DNA of 28,839 nucleotides from a virus (Duplodnaviria > Caudoviricetes), in the IMG/VR virus record IMGVR_UViG_3300033067_000694, positions 1-28,839 of that record; one strand, given 5' to 3'. Below, one piece after another: positions 7,453-15,184 of the stretch; position 1 is the stretch's first letter, and each line of letters starts with the position of its first letter. Made by a program: the position numbers and the translations under genes. The notes beneath the pieces were generated by a model. The model had not been told where the DNA came from. It made no database searches and saw only the letters and a program-made list of their open reading frames with translations.

Positions 7453-7677
7453 ATGGACAAGCGCGACGCGGCTGCAACGAAGGCATGGGAACGGGCATCA
7501 TCAACGGCCGAACCGGCTCAGCGGCTCGTTCGTGAGGTTCACCCGGTCACGTCGGAAACAATCTCAAGCGGCATCGTCATTGGGTTTTTCAAGATCGTCG
7601 CCATTCTGGTAGCGATTCCGATGCTCCTCTTTGGCCTGCTGTTGATCCTCGGCTACGTCGCTGGCGACCAGCCCTAA
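7453..7677 (+). CDS. Small membrane protein (74 aa), moron-like, only convincing plus-strand gene
   Basis: Fills the gap between GT and TMP; long C-terminal hydrophobic segment GIVIGFFKIVAILVAIPMLLFGLLLILGYV. Confidence 0.75.
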   Translation: MDKRDAAATKAWERASSTAEPAQRLVREVHPVTSETISSGIVIGFFKIVAILVAIPMLLFGLLLILGYVAGDQP

Positions 7678-7919
7678 CCAATCCGCTTCGCCATTGACGC
7701 CTCAAGCATGGTCCGCGCCTGCCGCTCCTCCTCTTGGAGCCGGATCGACTCGTACTCAAACAGGTGCGCTTCGACCTCTTCGTCAAGGTCTTCCAGCCGC
7801 GTCGGGTCAATCCCGAACCGTTCGCACACCCTCAACAGCATTGCAAGCCGCGTGTACGCATAGCCCTCGGGCAGTGGGTCCGGGCTTAGACCGCGACCGC
7901 CTCGGGCGATAAGTTTCCC
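7674..7919 (-). CDS. Tail assembly chaperone GT, C-terminal (T) part reached by -1 frameshift
   Basis: Open -1 frame GKLIARGG...MAKRIG starting at slippery G GGA AAC (7919-7913), directly upstream of TMP as in lambda G/T. Confidence 0.8.
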   Translation of the reverse strand, partial: GKLIARGGRGLSPDPLPEGYAYTRLAMLLRVCERFGIDPTRLEDLDEEVEAHLFEYESIRLQEEERQARTMLEASMAKRIG

Positions 7920-8335
7920 CGCACATCCTTCCCGCGCACGCTGGCCGCAATCTGTTCCTTGATCGCACCAAGCGCCGCCGCTACCTCGGTTTCGGTCAGG
8001 GCCTCGCTGATCGCCACCGACGCCTCTTGAATCCACTTCACCTTGGCCTGGGCGTCGTCGTACCCCGTGCCGTCGGCGAGCTTCACGCCGGCAGCAATGG
8101 CGAACTCGGCCGCGCGGCACTTGGCCATCCAGCTATCGAGCGTGGTCTGATAGAACCCGTTGCCCTCGTTGGCGACAACGTTCCCGTTCACCGTGGTCAT
8201 TGGCGCGTCGGGCCGGGGGTAGGCCGCGCGGATCTGGCCGCTCTGGGCGCCAGTGATCGGGACCAACTCGTACACGCTCTCGCGCAGGTGGACCCTTGCT
8301 TTCAACGGACGCCGAACCAGATCTGCAATCAGCAT
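7886..8335 (-). CDS. Tail assembly chaperone G (149 aa)
   Basis: GGAGG RBS; ends ...RGNLSPEAVAV across the GGGAAAC heptamer; lies between tail tube and TMP. Confidence 0.78.
   Translation of the reverse strand: MLIADLVRRPLKARVHLRESVYELVPITGAQSGQIRAAYPRPDAPMTTVNGNVVANEGNGFYQTTLDSWMAKCRAAEFAIAAGVKLADGTGYDDAQAKVKWIQEASVAISEALTETEVAAALGAIKEQIAASVRGKDVRGNLSPEAVAV
7913..7919 (-). other. Programmed -1 ribosomal frameshift site G GGA AAC
   Basis: X XXY YYZ heptamer in the correct phase (CGG GGA AAC), comparable to lambda GGGAAAG. Confidence 0.8.
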
Positions 8336-8344
8336 GTCGCCTCC

Positions 8345-8713
8345 TCAAAGAATGCTCTTGGTCTTCGTGAACTTCACCCTCGAACGGGCGTAGGAAATCG
8401 CCTTCGCCCTGATCCCCGTCCGCTTCTCGACCGAGTAGGCATATGGCTCTAGCACGACGAGATGGACCTGCACACCATTGGGCGTGACGGTCAACTTGCC
8501 GCCGCCGCCATACACCCGATTCCGAACCTCAATCTCGACACCTTCACCGCGCGGCCCGCGCTTCTCATTGCCAGCGAAGACGTATGCGTACTTGCGGCGG
8601 ATGACGGTTGCCGACGGGTTCTGGTCGATCGCATCGACGTAGCCCTTGGCCTTGTTCCACCGCTCTTTGTAGAGCTTGATCCGCTCGCGGATTCGATCGA
8701 GCTCTTTGCCCAT
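8345..8713 (-). CDS. Basic protein (122 aa), resembles the C-terminal half of an HK97-gp10-like tail completion protein
   Basis: PYAYSVEKRT resembles the YAxxVExGT motif; same frame as 8717..9193. Confidence 0.45.
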   Translation of the reverse strand: MGKELDRIRERIKLYKERWNKAKGYVDAIDQNPSATVIRRKYAYVFAGNEKRGPRGEGVEIEVRNRVYGGGGKLTVTPNGVQVHLVVLEPYAYSVEKRTGIRAKAISYARSRVKFTKTKSIL

Positions 8714-8716
8714 GGG

Positions 8717-9193
8717 TTACTTGATCCGCGTTCGACCGGACCCGCGTGTGTAGATCCCTTGAATCGCCCGCTTGGTCCGCGCGTCTGCCGCCGACTTCTT
8801 CGCCAGAATCGCCCGCTGCTTCTTCGCGTAGGCGTCGGTCCGCTTCGCCCGCTTTGCCGACGCGCCCGCAACCAACTCCCGCTCCCGCGCCTCAAGCCGC
8901 CCAATGGCACGCTGGAAGTAGAGCATCTGGCGGATAAGAACCGCCTTGAGCTTCTTCGCATACCGCGACGCCACAAGGTTCGGCAACGGGAGCGATCCGG
9001 CCCCGATCTGCCTGCCCGCGAGGATGATGCCGCGCTTGAACTTGGTCGTGTCTTCCGGGGCGTTCGTGCCCATGAAGTCCACAATCAAGCCTGCCGCCTG
9101 CTTCGCCTGCGCCACCGCCAGTGGCGCCATGTTCGCCTTGGCCTTGTCCAAGGCGATGTTGAACGGCGCGAGGTTGGCCTTGGCGTGGATCAA
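8717..9193 (-). CDS. Basic protein (158 aa), resembles the N-terminal half of an HK97-gp10-like protein
   Basis: NAPEDTTKFKRGI resembles aPvDTGxLrxSI; start overlaps the tail tube stop. Confidence 0.5.
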   Translation of the reverse strand: MIHAKANLAPFNIALDKAKANMAPLAVAQAKQAAGLIVDFMGTNAPEDTTKFKRGIILAGRQIGAGSLPLPNLVASRYAKKLKAVLIRQMLYFQRAIGRLEARERELVAGASAKRAKRTDAYAKKQRAILAKKSAADARTKRAIQGIYTRGSGRTRIK

Positions 9194-9660
9194 GTGATGT
9201 TTGCGACTGCCGCGTCCGCGCTGAAGCCCAGCGAGAACGTCATGGTGTCAAGCCCGTTCGTGCCGTCGCCGCCAGAGAACTCGGGGGCAACCGCAAGAAA
9301 CGCATCGGAGAACGTGATCGACTCGCCAGCAGTCAGGCCCGGCGCGGCGAAACGCTTGATGACGACAGAGAACGTCTTGGCCACGCCAGTCACCGGGCTG
9401 GGCTGGGCCATCAGCGTTGCATAGGCCGACGAGTCCAAAAGGTCGCCGCACTTAATGGCGAAGTCGATAGACCCGTAGTCCTTGATGCCCTCGATTGGCG
9501 CGAGCGGTACGCCCTGGTCGTAGTGGCGGATTCGGGCGCGGAATCCGGGCTTCCACCGCACCGATCCATCGACAATGTTGATGACGGTGTCAGACCCAAT
9601 GAGGATCTGGCCGCCGGCGGGGAAGGTCATCAGGCCAGAGCTTGCGTTCAGAGTTGCCAT
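9190..9660 (-). CDS. Major tail tube protein (156 aa)
   Basis: GIKDYGSIDF and ITFSDAFL...MTFSLGF siphovirus tube-like pattern; no sheath gene nearby. Confidence 0.7.
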   Translation of the reverse strand: MATLNASSGLMTFPAGGQILIGSDTVINIVDGSVRWKPGFRARIRHYDQGVPLAPIEGIKDYGSIDFAIKCGDLLDSSAYATLMAQPSPVTGVAKTFSVVIKRFAAPGLTAGESITFSDAFLAVAPEFSGGDGTNGLDTMTFSLGFSADAAVANIT

Positions 9661-9671
9661 GGTTCAGTCCC

Positions 9672-9884
9672 TTAGTGCTTGGGTTCAATGAGTGCCGACA
9701 GTCGCGCGAGCGTCTGCCCGTCCGCGTTTACCCGACCTTCGAGATCGTCGAGGCGGTCATCGGTGCGGTCGCTGTTGCGTTTGAGTTCTTCGGCGAGCGA
9801 TCGTGTGGTTGCGGCGTTGTATACGCACGCACCGACGATTGAGCCTGCCGCGATGAGAAGGGTGAGGAGTTCACCAACCTGCAT
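9672..9884 (-). CDS. Small TM + coiled-coil protein (70 aa), holin/XhlA-like candidate
   Basis: ATG 9884 with GAGG RBS; MQVGELLTLLIAAGSIVGACVY TM segment followed by heptad LAEELKR...LDDLEGRV. Confidence 0.6.
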   Translation of the reverse strand: MQVGELLTLLIAAGSIVGACVYNAATTRSLAEELKRNSDRTDDRLDDLEGRVNADGQTLARLSALIEPKH

Positions 9885-9964
9885 GTGTGCCTCGCATGAA
9901 TGGCGCATCCAGCAAGCCACATCGCGCACGCAATAATCACAACGGCCATCGTGTACGCGATCAT
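9728..9964 (-). CDS. Possible small lipoprotein overlapping the previous gene (78 aa)
   Basis: AAGGA RBS, hydrophobic N-terminus ending in LAGC lipobox; C-terminus overlaps 9672..9884 in another frame. Confidence 0.35.
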   Translation of the reverse strand: MIAYTMAVVIIACAMWLAGCAIHARHTCRLVNSSPFSSRQAQSSVRAYTTPQPHDRSPKNSNATATAPMTASTISKVG

Positions 9965-9969
9965 GGGCG

Positions 9970-10788
9970 TTATTCCTTAGTCGTAACGGTCGTCTTTCCC
10001 TCCGCAAGCTGGGCCAGCAACGCGAGCATCTGCTGCTGAGACGCCGCCAGTGCGTCGGCCTTGGCCTCAGCCTTTGCGTCGTCCCATGCCTTCGCCTCGG
10101 CAGCGGCCTTCTCTTTGGCATCGGCCTTGGCGCGTTCGGTGGCCTCGTCATACGCGGCGTCTGCCTTCTTCTTCCCGCGGCTCTGCATCCACAGCAGCAG
10201 CGCACCAGCGCCGCCGAACAGCAGGTTGTCCGATTGGCCGGAGACCTGACCGGGCGTGACGCCGACGCTCGCGAGCGCGGGCCCGACGATCGGGTTGTTG
10301 GTGATGAAGTCGAGCAGGCCCTTGGTCTGCGCGCGGCGGGCCTCGATCGCCTGCGACGCCGACGCCACGTCCTGCCCGATGCGGTCGATGGTCGCCTGAT
10401 ACCGCTTCGCGCTGGCCGCGTCGTCGGTGTTGATCTGGTCGAGCTTGGCCTGCGTGCTGAGCCGGAGTTCGGCCAACGCACGATCGGCGCCGAGCCCGGC
10501 GTCCTGCGCCTGAGCCATGATCTCGAGAGCCCGCTTCTGTGCCTCTACCTCTGCGGCCCGTAATCGTGCGGCGTTCGCTTCCGCCGATGCGTCGCGCTCA
10601 GCCTGTGCCGCGCGTTCCTGCTTCGTCGCCTCTGCCACGATCTCAACCGCCGATGCGGGCTTGTCGCCGGTGAGCGGGGAGATGACACCCGCGAGCGTGT
10701 CGCATCCACCGAGCCCGCCGCCGACCGCGAGCAGTGCCGCGATCGCCAGAACACCAGCCGCCACCATGCCAAAGTCCAACCTCTTCAT
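9970..10788 (-). CDS. Coiled-coil lipoprotein with a second hydrophobic segment (272 aa), spanin-like candidate
   Basis: GGAGG RBS; MKR + hydrophobic stretch + LGGC lipobox; Ala/Gln/Glu helical middle; NLLFGGAGALLLWM followed by RGKKK. Confidence 0.6.
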   Translation of the reverse strand: MKRLDFGMVAAGVLAIAALLAVGGGLGGCDTLAGVISPLTGDKPASAVEIVAEATKQERAAQAERDASAEANAARLRAAEVEAQKRALEIMAQAQDAGLGADRALAELRLSTQAKLDQINTDDAASAKRYQATIDRIGQDVASASQAIEARRAQTKGLLDFITNNPIVGPALASVGVTPGQVSGQSDNLLFGGAGALLLWMQSRGKKKADAAYDEATERAKADAKEKAAAEAKAWDDAKAEAKADALAASQQQMLALLAQLAEGKTTVTTKE

Positions 10789-10796
10789 ACCGCCTC

Positions 10797-11273
10797 CTAT
10801 GCGTTCGTCGCGTCAAGCCGCGAATCGGCGTTGGCCATCCGAAGCACCGTCCCGTTCACCGTCACAAGGCCCGTCTGCATCCCATCCATCGTCTGAATGT
10901 CGGTCGCAACGTCCGTGACCTGTACGCGGTGGTCGGTCTCGCCCGTGCCGCCGCCAAGCTGCTCAGTCTCGAAGGCGTATCGCACCGCCGAGTTCGCCGA
11001 CGCGATCGCGTGCGTGCTGGTCTGCGACTCGCCGCCCGGCGTGATCCTGAACGTGACAGAGAACGTGCCGCGGTGGGCGTCAACGTCGGATGTGTGCCGC
11101 TCGCCCTGACACCGGAAGTTCTCGACCGAGCTATTCATGCCGAACACGTCGGTCTGCGGTTGCTCGTCGCCAATCCGCGTGTTGAGTGACGCATCGCCAG
11201 ACGGCACGGTGGTAGTGCATCGGTTGTTGAGCAACCGAAGAACCCGCGCGTCGTCGATGACAACCTTTGCCAT
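10797..11273 (-). CDS. Putative tail terminator/neck protein (158 aa)
   Basis: Position after the head-closure gene, size and alpha/beta pattern. Confidence 0.45.
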   Translation of the reverse strand: MAKVVIDDARVLRLLNNRCTTTVPSGDASLNTRIGDEQPQTDVFGMNSSVENFRCQGERHTSDVDAHRGTFSVTFRITPGGESQTSTHAIASANSAVRYAFETEQLGGGTGETDHRVQVTDVATDIQTMDGMQTGLVTVNGTVLRMANADSRLDATNA

Positions 11274-11276
11274 GGA

Positions 11277-11639
11277 TCAGCCACCCCTGAAACAGACGAG
11301 CCGGTAGAAGGTCTGCGCGTGGATTCGTTCAACCGACCGCACCCGATACTCGCGCCCGTTGGCCAGGAGAACAACGTCGTCACGCTTGGGCACATACGAG
11401 CCAAGGGCCGACGCCTTGACCATGACCGTGATTGTCCGCTCCTGCGTCGCGCCCGCAAACTCGTCGTTGCTCTCGGCGGACACGCGGCCAGTGACCGTGA
11501 CCTCTCCATCCAACGTGGTTGGTACGCCTGTGGTGGTATTGCGCGAGAACGTCGTGCGCGACTTGAAGGTGACAGACTCGCCCATCCCATCAAGGATGGC
11601 GTCGCCCATAGCCTCGGCATGTGCGGCCCAGGTCGTCAT
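11277..11639 (-). CDS. Head-tail joining (head closure) protein, lambda FII-like (120 aa)
   Basis: MGESVTF... and PKRDDVVLLANGREYRVRSVE match the PxxgDxixxxgxxyxV pattern. Confidence 0.7.
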   Translation of the reverse strand: MTTWAAHAEAMGDAILDGMGESVTFKSRTTFSRNTTTGVPTTLDGEVTVTGRVSAESNDEFAGATQERTITVMVKASALGSYVPKRDDVVLLANGREYRVRSVERIHAQTFYRLVCFRGG

Positions 11640-11642
11640 TGG

Positions 11643-12251
11643 TTAGGTCCGCAGAGAGACGACCGCGAAGCTTTCGAGGGCGTCGGCATAGTCAATGAAC
11701 ACGTCGCCGCTTCCAACGTCTGGGATCGCAAGCACCGCACACGCGCCGTTGCCTGGGCTGTACGTCGATGGGTAGACGCCACCCGAGTACACGCCCGCGA
11801 TGAAGTCGGCGATACCGACCGGGCTCGTGCCAGCGCCCGCGCTATCCCAACTCATCGTCACCGCAAGCTGCTTGCCGCTGTCGATGCGGTCGGCTTCCGC
11901 CGCGTCGCTCCCGGTGGTGGTGCCGTACGTGTACGTCAGCGTGCCGATCAACTCAACCGCCGCGTCACCAAGCGAGCCCTTGGCCCGTTCGTCTGCGTAC
12001 GGCGTCACGCGGTACACGCGGATTGCGCCCGCTTCTTCGTCCGCAGCCGACGGAGACGCGACGCGAAGCTCAAGCCCGCGCCACTGCCGATCATCCTGCG
12101 ACGGGTTGTCGGTCTGCAAGCCAGGCCCCATGCGAACCAGCGTTCCGTAGCCGATAAGGGTGGCCATCGACACGCGCGGCGCGGTGACGACGTAGGTGGT
12201 GCCCGCGTGGTCCCGCGCGACCTTGAACTCGTGGGTTCGGCGAAGTGTCAT
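11643..12251 (-). CDS. Hypothetical virion protein (202 aa)
   Basis: AAGGA RBS; in the structural operon. Confidence 0.65.
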   Translation of the reverse strand: MTLRRTHEFKVARDHAGTTYVVTAPRVSMATLIGYGTLVRMGPGLQTDNPSQDDRQWRGLELRVASPSAADEEAGAIRVYRVTPYADERAKGSLGDAAVELIGTLTYTYGTTTGSDAAEADRIDSGKQLAVTMSWDSAGAGTSPVGIADFIAGVYSGGVYPSTYSPGNGACAVLAIPDVGSGDVFIDYADALESFAVVSLRT

Positions 12252-12260
12252 GGTGTTTCC

Positions 12261-13988
12261 TTACCGCCCGCGAAGGCGAGCCGTTCCGCTTGTGCGTGGT
12301 GGGAGCGTGAGCAACGCGCGCCACAACTGCGTGGCGTACTCCTCGTACCCCTCTTTGGTCAGGTGCGCCGTGTCCTTGATGGTCACGGTGCCAGTGGTGC
12401 CCGCGACCGTCACCGGCGCGGCGGGCGTCACCGTGAACGTCGTCGTCGTCGGGACCGATACGACCCGCTGGCGACCGTCGATGTTCGGCGTGCTGTTGGT
12501 TCCGCTCAGGGTCACGAACTGGCCCGCGACAAGGCCGTGCGTTGCCGTCGTCGTGATCGTGGTAGTCGATCCAGTCGTGATCGCGTTGGCCGTCTTCGTC
12601 GTGTTGGGCTGGTAGCCCGCGTTGGAGTTGGTCGCGTACAGCGTCTCGGCGTCGATGATGTTGTCCATCCGCAACGCCGTCACCGTCTCGGGCATGCGAT
12701 TGGCCAGCAACGCGCCGCCAGTCTCGCGGTACAGGATGTGTTCGGCGTCGTCGGGCACGCTGATCGGGTGGTCCAGCGCCGACACTGCCGTGAAGTTCTC
12801 TTCCTTGGTGCGAATGACCGTGGTACCGTCGGAGCCGACCAGCTCCAGCGTGTTCCAAACGGCCTTCCAGCGGTTGATGATGTACGCACAGTGCGTCGCG
12901 TACGCCTCGGCGCTGTCGGCGTCGGCCACGACGTTCCATGCCGTCGTCGCGGTTTCATTCCGCATGTTCAGTGTGTCGGCGATGACGAGGCAGAAGATGG
13001 GCTCCTGATCCTTGTCCGCGACCATCTGCATGGCGGCCTGGAGGTAGTGGTAGATCGTCTCGTCCGGCGTAGCCCGCGTCGCGCCGTAGTGCGAGTAGGC
13101 CACGTCAAGCGGCGAGGCACCACCGACCGCCCACGGGCAGCCGATGCACAGGCCGGTGTCGCGGTCGGGGTGAACGACGAAGAAGTACGAAAGCGCAATG
13201 TCGCCGGTCGGCGCGGTGCCGTTGACGGTCGAGAATCCAAGCTTGACCGTGCCAGCGCGTGATCCAGCGGCTACGTCTGTGGTCTTGTACCGCGCGAAGT
13301 CTCGCCACGTCGGAGTGCCGGACGCGACCGTGATCGACGATGCCTGCGCCGTGAGCGCGTTGTTGACCGAGATAGCCGGGCGAAGCGTCCCGCCCGCCGG
13401 GGTCTTGGTCGCGCACCAGAACTCGCCGCGGAACTTCTCGGCCCACTGGATCAGGTTGGGGTCGGACGGCGAGATCGTGTTGGAGTACATCCCGTTGTTG
13501 GAGAACGCCACGGGATGCGAGCCGTCACAGCCCGACATGCAGTGCAACGCGAGCGACGTGGAATAGCTCGTGCCAGCCGACTGCGGGCTACCCCACTTGT
13601 GGACCAAGCCGAGCGGGAGCCACGCGGTATTCGCGGCGTTAAGCGGATCCTTGACGTACGCCGCCTCGCCGTAGTTTCCGGACGTGGTGCTGAGTGCGTA
13701 GTGCCCGATGTCGGGATACGACTGCGTAAGGATGCCGTTGGTCGCGGCTGGCGCGCCCGTGCTGCCGTTGATGCCCGCAAGCGTCATCGGCGGCGACGCA
13801 TAGATCGGGATGCCAGCGGCGGCGGCCTTGATGTAGATGGCCTGCAAACGACCGGCGGCGGATCCAGTGTTTTGGAACTCGTTTGAGTTGCCAAGGATCG
13901 CCATGTGCCCGCGCTGCGTCCGCAGCTTGCGCATGAACGAACCCAGCGGGCCCGGATTCACCGCGAATTGATGAACGGTAACACTCAT
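12261..13988 (-). CDS. SGNH/GDSL-hydrolase-like protein with an inserted FCCH-like beta domain (575 aa)
   Basis: Block I ILGNSN, block II-like AVGGAS, block V DTAHLTKEGYEEYA; insert THGLVAGQFVTLSG...DGRQRVVSVPTTTTFTV. Confidence 0.6.
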   Translation of the reverse strand: MSVTVHQFAVNPGPLGSFMRKLRTQRGHMAILGNSNEFQNTGSAAGRLQAIYIKAAAAGIPIYASPPMTLAGINGSTGAPAATNGILTQSYPDIGHYALSTTSGNYGEAAYVKDPLNAANTAWLPLGLVHKWGSPQSAGTSYSTSLALHCMSGCDGSHPVAFSNNGMYSNTISPSDPNLIQWAEKFRGEFWCATKTPAGGTLRPAISVNNALTAQASSITVASGTPTWRDFARYKTTDVAAGSRAGTVKLGFSTVNGTAPTGDIALSYFFVVHPDRDTGLCIGCPWAVGGASPLDVAYSHYGATRATPDETIYHYLQAAMQMVADKDQEPIFCLVIADTLNMRNETATTAWNVVADADSAEAYATHCAYIINRWKAVWNTLELVGSDGTTVIRTKEENFTAVSALDHPISVPDDAEHILYRETGGALLANRMPETVTALRMDNIIDAETLYATNSNAGYQPNTTKTANAITTGSTTTITTTATHGLVAGQFVTLSGTNSTPNIDGRQRVVSVPTTTTFTVTPAAPVTVAGTTGTVTIKDTAHLTKEGYEEYATQLWRALLTLPPRTSGTARLRGR

Positions 13989-14014
13989 CGGTTGGCTCGC
14001 TTGCTTGGGAAACC

Positions 14015-14041
14015 GAGCGCCACGCGGTAAACGCGGCGCTC
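14015..14041 (-). terminator. Hairpin downstream of the major capsid gene (possible terminator or mRNA stabiliser)
   Basis: gagcgccgcg-tttaccg-cgtggcgctc stem, followed on the minus strand by ggtttccc (weak U tract). Confidence 0.45.
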
Positions 14042-14081
14042 AGGTGCGCTGGCGGAGGTGGCACCAGCGGGGAGGGAAGGC

Positions 14082-15086
14082 TTAGACCGAAGTCATGAGG
14101 TAGCCAGCGGTCGAGTTGATGACCTTCTGGTCGAGGCTCGTCACGACGCGAACCTTCTCGCTCATCGTGTCGTTGTCGGTGTACTGGACCACCGCGATGG
14201 GCGCGGGCATGGCACCGAGGGACGCGGGGACGATCGAAGTCCACGCGAAGGTGCAGCCGTAGCCGCCCTGCACGACGGGCTTTCCGAAGTTCTGGAACTC
14301 GGTCATGATGAAGAGGAATGCGTAGTCGCTGCGCCAGAACGCGGTGTTGGTCGGGCTCGACGTCGAGCCGGACGACTTGTACGCGCCACGGCCCACGATG
14401 ACCTTGCCGACGCCGAGCGTCTTGGCAAGCTGCTCGGGGGTCAGGCGGCCCGCCGAGGTCTCGGAGTTGAAGCCGGCGGAGAGAACCTGGTTGCACGTGC
14501 TGAGCTTGCGCTGAAGGCCGGCACCGATCAGCAGGCCGCACTGCTCGGGGCGAAGGCCGGGCCACTTCGCTTCGAGGTTGCTGATCGCGGTGTCCAGATC
14601 GTTCTTGGGCGTGCCAGCCGAGCCGGTCCAGGCGTTGGAAACGGCGATGCCGTTGCTGTTGCCCGCGTTGAAGGTGGTTGCGTTGAACACGGTGCCCGCA
14701 AGGGTCTTGTCCTGAGTGGCCAAGATGCGGTGCGTGAGTTCGTTGGCGAGGAACTGCACGACGGGCTGGCCCATCTGCGGATCGAGCTCGGCGCTCTGCT
14801 CCTCGGGGATCGGGGTGCGCAGACCGTGGCCTTTGCAGGTGTAGGTGCCGCCGTCAACGAACATGGTCTCTTCGGCGAACGGAGTTCCGGGGGCGCGCTC
14901 GGTGTTGGTCGCCTCGGTCATCGAGCCGCGCTGGATGATGAAGTAGGAGCCCGTGCGGTCGGACACCGGGACGATCGGCATGACCTGCGGGAGAACGTAA
15001 TCGGTGTCCCGCATGAGGCGGTGCGCGGCGACAAGCGACGCGCCCGTGTTGACAAGCTGGGTGGTGGACGTTGCGGAAATACCCAT
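14082..15086 (-). CDS. Major capsid protein (lambda gpE-like, HK97 fold; 334 aa)
   Basis: Follows protease and cement genes; VMPIVPV...TERAPG, WTGSAGTPKNDL, LTPEQLAKTLGV, AGYLMTSV capsid-type motifs. Confidence 0.85.
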   Translation of the reverse strand: MGISATSTTQLVNTGASLVAAHRLMRDTDYVLPQVMPIVPVSDRTGSYFIIQRGSMTEATNTERAPGTPFAEETMFVDGGTYTCKGHGLRTPIPEEQSAELDPQMGQPVVQFLANELTHRILATQDKTLAGTVFNATTFNAGNSNGIAVSNAWTGSAGTPKNDLDTAISNLEAKWPGLRPEQCGLLIGAGLQRKLSTCNQVLSAGFNSETSAGRLTPEQLAKTLGVGKVIVGRGAYKSSGSTSSPTNTAFWRSDYAFLFIMTEFQNFGKPVVQGGYGCTFAWTSIVPASLGAMPAPIAVVQYTDNDTMSEKVRVVTSLDQKVINSTAGYLMTSV

Positions 15087-15184
15087 GGGTTGAACCTTCC
15101 TGAATCGCGGCTAGGCCGCGTCGCGTGTGTGCTTGATGCGGCCCACCACGCGGCGGGCCTGTTGATGCGGGAGAGTGCCGACGC

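Noticed and set aside
8711-8719. Genome-wide stop-codon reassignment
   Set aside because: TAA, TGA and TAG all terminate well-defined genes and conserved proteins (terL, portal, capsid) are uninterrupted
11319-13262. 647-aa plus-strand ORF, and other long plus-strand ORFs (6202, 8462, 14058, 17787)
   Set aside because: Antisense shadows of convincing minus-strand genes in high-GC DNA; Arg-rich translations without motifs
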